A stretch of 64,000 nt of DNA from Adineta vaga (lineage: Eukaryota; Animalia; Rotifera), in the NCBI GenBank assembly GCA_021613535.1, contig CP075492.1, positions 8,990,001-9,054,000 of the forward strand. The letters are read 5' to 3'. Under the pieces are notes generated by a model. The model was not told where the DNA came from. It saw only the letters and a list, made by a program, of their open reading frames with translations, and did no database searches. The first letter of the stretch is position 1. The number at the start of each line of letters is the position of its first letter. A program made the position numbers and the translations under genes. Below, piece after piece: positions 61,123-64,000 of this stretch.

Positions 61123-62480
61123 ATGACTGATCCACTTCGACGTGTTGCGATTGTTGGTAGTGGTAATTGGTACGTAATCAAGGAAATTACCTATCTTAAT
61201 CCTATCATTCAGTTGTTGTTGTTTTTTTTCTCGTCATGTATAATTTAGGGGTTCAACAATTGCCAAAATTATTGGAACGAATATATCAAAATTTAATACA
61301 TTTGAAAATGAAATTCGAATGTATGTTTATGAAGAAATGGTTAATGGAAGAAAATTAACCGAAATTATTAATCAAGAACATGAAAATATTAAATATTTAC
61401 CAGGTCATAAATTTACACCTAATGTTGTAAGTATTCTGAAAAATCAATTCAACAAACACAATTAGTCTTTAGGTTGCGTATGCTGATGTGATTGATGCAG
61501 TGAAAGATGCAGATATTTTACTATTTATTTTACCTCATCAATTTGTAGAACGTACATGTCTAGCTATCAAATCACATGTAAAGAAAACAGCATTTGCTGT
61601 ATCGTTTTCAAAAGTATGTTTCTTACAGATATTACTCTATCTAAGAAGAGAGATGTATGATTATTTGTTTTTTTGTGATAGGGTTTTTATGTTAGTAAAG
61701 ATAAACGTGTTGAATTACTTTCAACTGTTATCAGTCGTTTATTGGAAATTCCATGTTATGTATTAATGGGAGCTAATATTGCTAGTGAAGTAGCAGCTGG
61801 TACATTTTGTGAAGCAACTGTTGGTTCAAGAAATTATGAACATGGACAATTGATTAAAGGTCTTATTCAAACGGATGAATTTCGTCTAGTTATTAAACCA
61901 GATACTGAAGTTATCGAAGTACTTGGTGCTTTGAAAAATATTGTAGCTGTAGCAGCAGGACTCTCAGATGGATTAGGTTTTGGTGATAATACAAAAGCAG
62001 CCGTAATTCGACTTGGATTGAAGGAGATGGTGAAATTCTGTGAAGAATTCTTTCCTGGTGAGTTAGAAGACATATATATATTTCATTAGAAACGAAGATT
62101 TCTTTCTTATTTTTTGTAGGACATCATCCACAAATCTTTTTGGAATCATGTGGAGTTGCAGACTTGGTGACAACATGTTATGGTGGTCGAAATCGTAAAG
62201 TAGCTGCAGAATTTGTTAGATCAGGCAAAGACATTAAAACATTGGAAGAAGAAATGCTTAATGGACAGAAATTACAAGGTCCAGATGCAGCAGCAGAAGT
62301 TCAAGAATGGTTGAAACAAAAAGGACAAACAAATAAGTAGGATTGATTATAAAATTAAATATTGTATCAAAATCTTTGCGTAGATTTCCATTATTTGTTG
62401 CTGTTCATGAAATTTGTGAACGCCGGTTGGAACCTAAAGCTTTAATCGATGCTCTTCGATATCATCCAGAATTTTGGTAA
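61123..62480 (+). CDS. GPD1: Cytosolic NAD-dependent glycerol-3-phosphate dehydrogenase, multi-exon
   Basis: [63 protein letters not shown]. Confidence 0.96.
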
Positions 62481-62811
62481 ACAAACAGACTAATTCAAAA
62501 TAGACATTTTATATTTTTAGTTACCAGATAGAAAACTTGTTCGTTTTTTTCTCCTTTCTCCTTGTTATTATTCATAGATTCTTTTTTAAAAGATCCGTAT
62601 TTACCGGTTAAAATGAATGGAAATTATTCATATGTCATTGATTTTCATTGATTGTCGTTTCTTTCATGTTAATAGCACGCGATCTGTTTTAACCATTAGT
62701 GTTTCCAAGGTTAAAAGAAAAACATTTTGAAATAATTTGTTCCGTCTAAAGAATTTCCTTTTCTTTCCCTGTCTAACGTAAGTCAGTAGAAAAATTTCAT
62801 TTACAACAAAT

Positions 62812-63399
62812 ATGAGTAAACAAGAAATCAAAGAAGTGAGTCTCAACATTTATTCTAATTACATAGAAGAATAGAAATTTAGTTATTTCGAAAATTTGAT
62901 AATGGCAATGGTCATTTATCATTAGCTGAAATTGATCGAGCTATTCTCGATTTCTATCCACAATTTGGTACAAATCGAAAAGCAATTCTTCGTGCATATA
63001 AAGCTGCAGACACCAGTGGTGTATGTATCATGACAAACGAATGAGATTGATGTGATTGATTGCATTTTTTTAGAATGGTTTTGTTGAATTGAGAGAATTC
63101 GAAAAAATTGTTCAATTACTTAAACAATATAATGAAATTAGCAAGGTTTTCGAAGAATTAGATACAAATGATGATCATCGTATTAGTTTTCAAGAATTTA
63201 AAAAAGGTTTTGAATTATTGGGAGAAGATAATTCCGATGAAGAAGGTTTAAAACAAGAATTTGATTCGATTGATTCTAACGATGGAAATTATATTCTCTT
63301 TGATGAAGTAAGAATTTTCGAAATATAAAACAGAGAAACAAATTTATATTTTTATATACCTAGTTTTGCATGTACATGGCAAATCGACAAATGCAGTAA
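62812..63399 (+). CDS. Four-EF-hand protein resembling protist flagellar calcium-binding proteins (calflagin-like), 4 exons
   Basis: FRKFDNGNGHLSLAEID, RAYKAAD, FVELREF, LKQYNE, FEELDTNDDHRISFQEF, EFDSIDSNDGNYILFDEF. Confidence 0.75.
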
Positions 63400-63488
63400 T
63401 ACAAAATTCGAAAATAATGCATAAACATTTTCATATTGATGTTGTTTTGTTCATAGAAAAATAAATACTTAGATAAAACTTCGTTTTG

Positions 63489-64000
63489 TTATATGGATTG
63501 TAAATCAAATGCATCATTGGAGATTTGTGATCCGGGTACGATTCGATTTTCTCGTATTCGAGTTCGTCGACATGTATTGACAAAAGCATTTCTAACTTGT
63601 CGACGATATCGTGCCGATGAGATTAAAAATAAATAGAAAGAACCCTAAATAAATAGAAAAGAAAAGATCTTGAGAAATTAATGAATTCAATTTACTTACG
63701 GAATAATTCAGATAGAAGAGTGAAATTGTAATTGCTCCAAGAAGTTGAACAATAGCTCGATGAATTACATTCTCTTTACTAATATATACGACATAAGTGT
63801 AGATTCGTTGTAAAACATATGGTGTAGTCAAAACAACGAGAAAACCCACTCGAACGAGAATCATAGCTGTCAATTGTTGATCAAGTTTTCGTCGACGAAT
63901 AGGTATTTGTCGTCGAACAATACGACGAACATTTTGATAAGCTAATATAGCAAACAATGTTGAAATTGTAATAGGTAAAGTTCCCGTTAAGATTAAATAA
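63489..64000 (-). CDS. Rhodopsin-like GPCR, rotifer-expanded family; 3' part only (runs off the window)
   Basis: LAYQNVRRIVRRQ, LDQQLTAM, TM6 with P, FYLNYS|GSFYLFLISSARYRRQV across a GT-AG intron. Confidence 0.85.

Overview
AT-rich, gene-dense eukaryotic DNA with many ~50-60 nt GT-AG introns. The gene families (expanded rhodopsin-like GPCRs, F-box/LRR-like, secreted beta-propeller, R-S-E ADP-ribosyltransferase, TRAF-like) and several microbial-type genes point to a bdelloid rotifer (Adineta/Rotaria-like); this is an inference. About 31 genes were assembled by hand. Positions 1-50.7 kb are mostly housekeeping genes: ATP6V0C, HSD17B10, rhomboid, BORCS5, RPL24, WDR76, PGAM, Na/K-ATPase beta, RAD50, two tandem SERCA pumps, myosin RLC, PI31 and RBBP4. 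Mixed among them are probable horizontally acquired genes: an AhpE-like peroxiredoxin, a cyanobacterial-type GH13, an RtcB2-type RNA ligase and, near the window end, a calflagin-like EF-hand protein. Positions 51-61 kb are an accessory zone with decaying genes. Main findings: (1) a 4-exon, 78-aa 'mini-PI31' gene missing from the ORF track, made only of the proteasome-inhibitory motifs, directly behind full-length PI31; (2) an intronless RtcB2-type ligase with an N-terminal DCX/ubiquitin-like domain in a very tight PI31-miniPI31-RtcB2-RBBP4 cluster; (3) a recurrent YAG|AT acceptor just upstream of about 15 start codons, consistent with SL trans-splicing and operons; (4) mosaic gene-conversion tracts between the SERCA paralogues. 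All family calls come from motif recognition; no searches were run.
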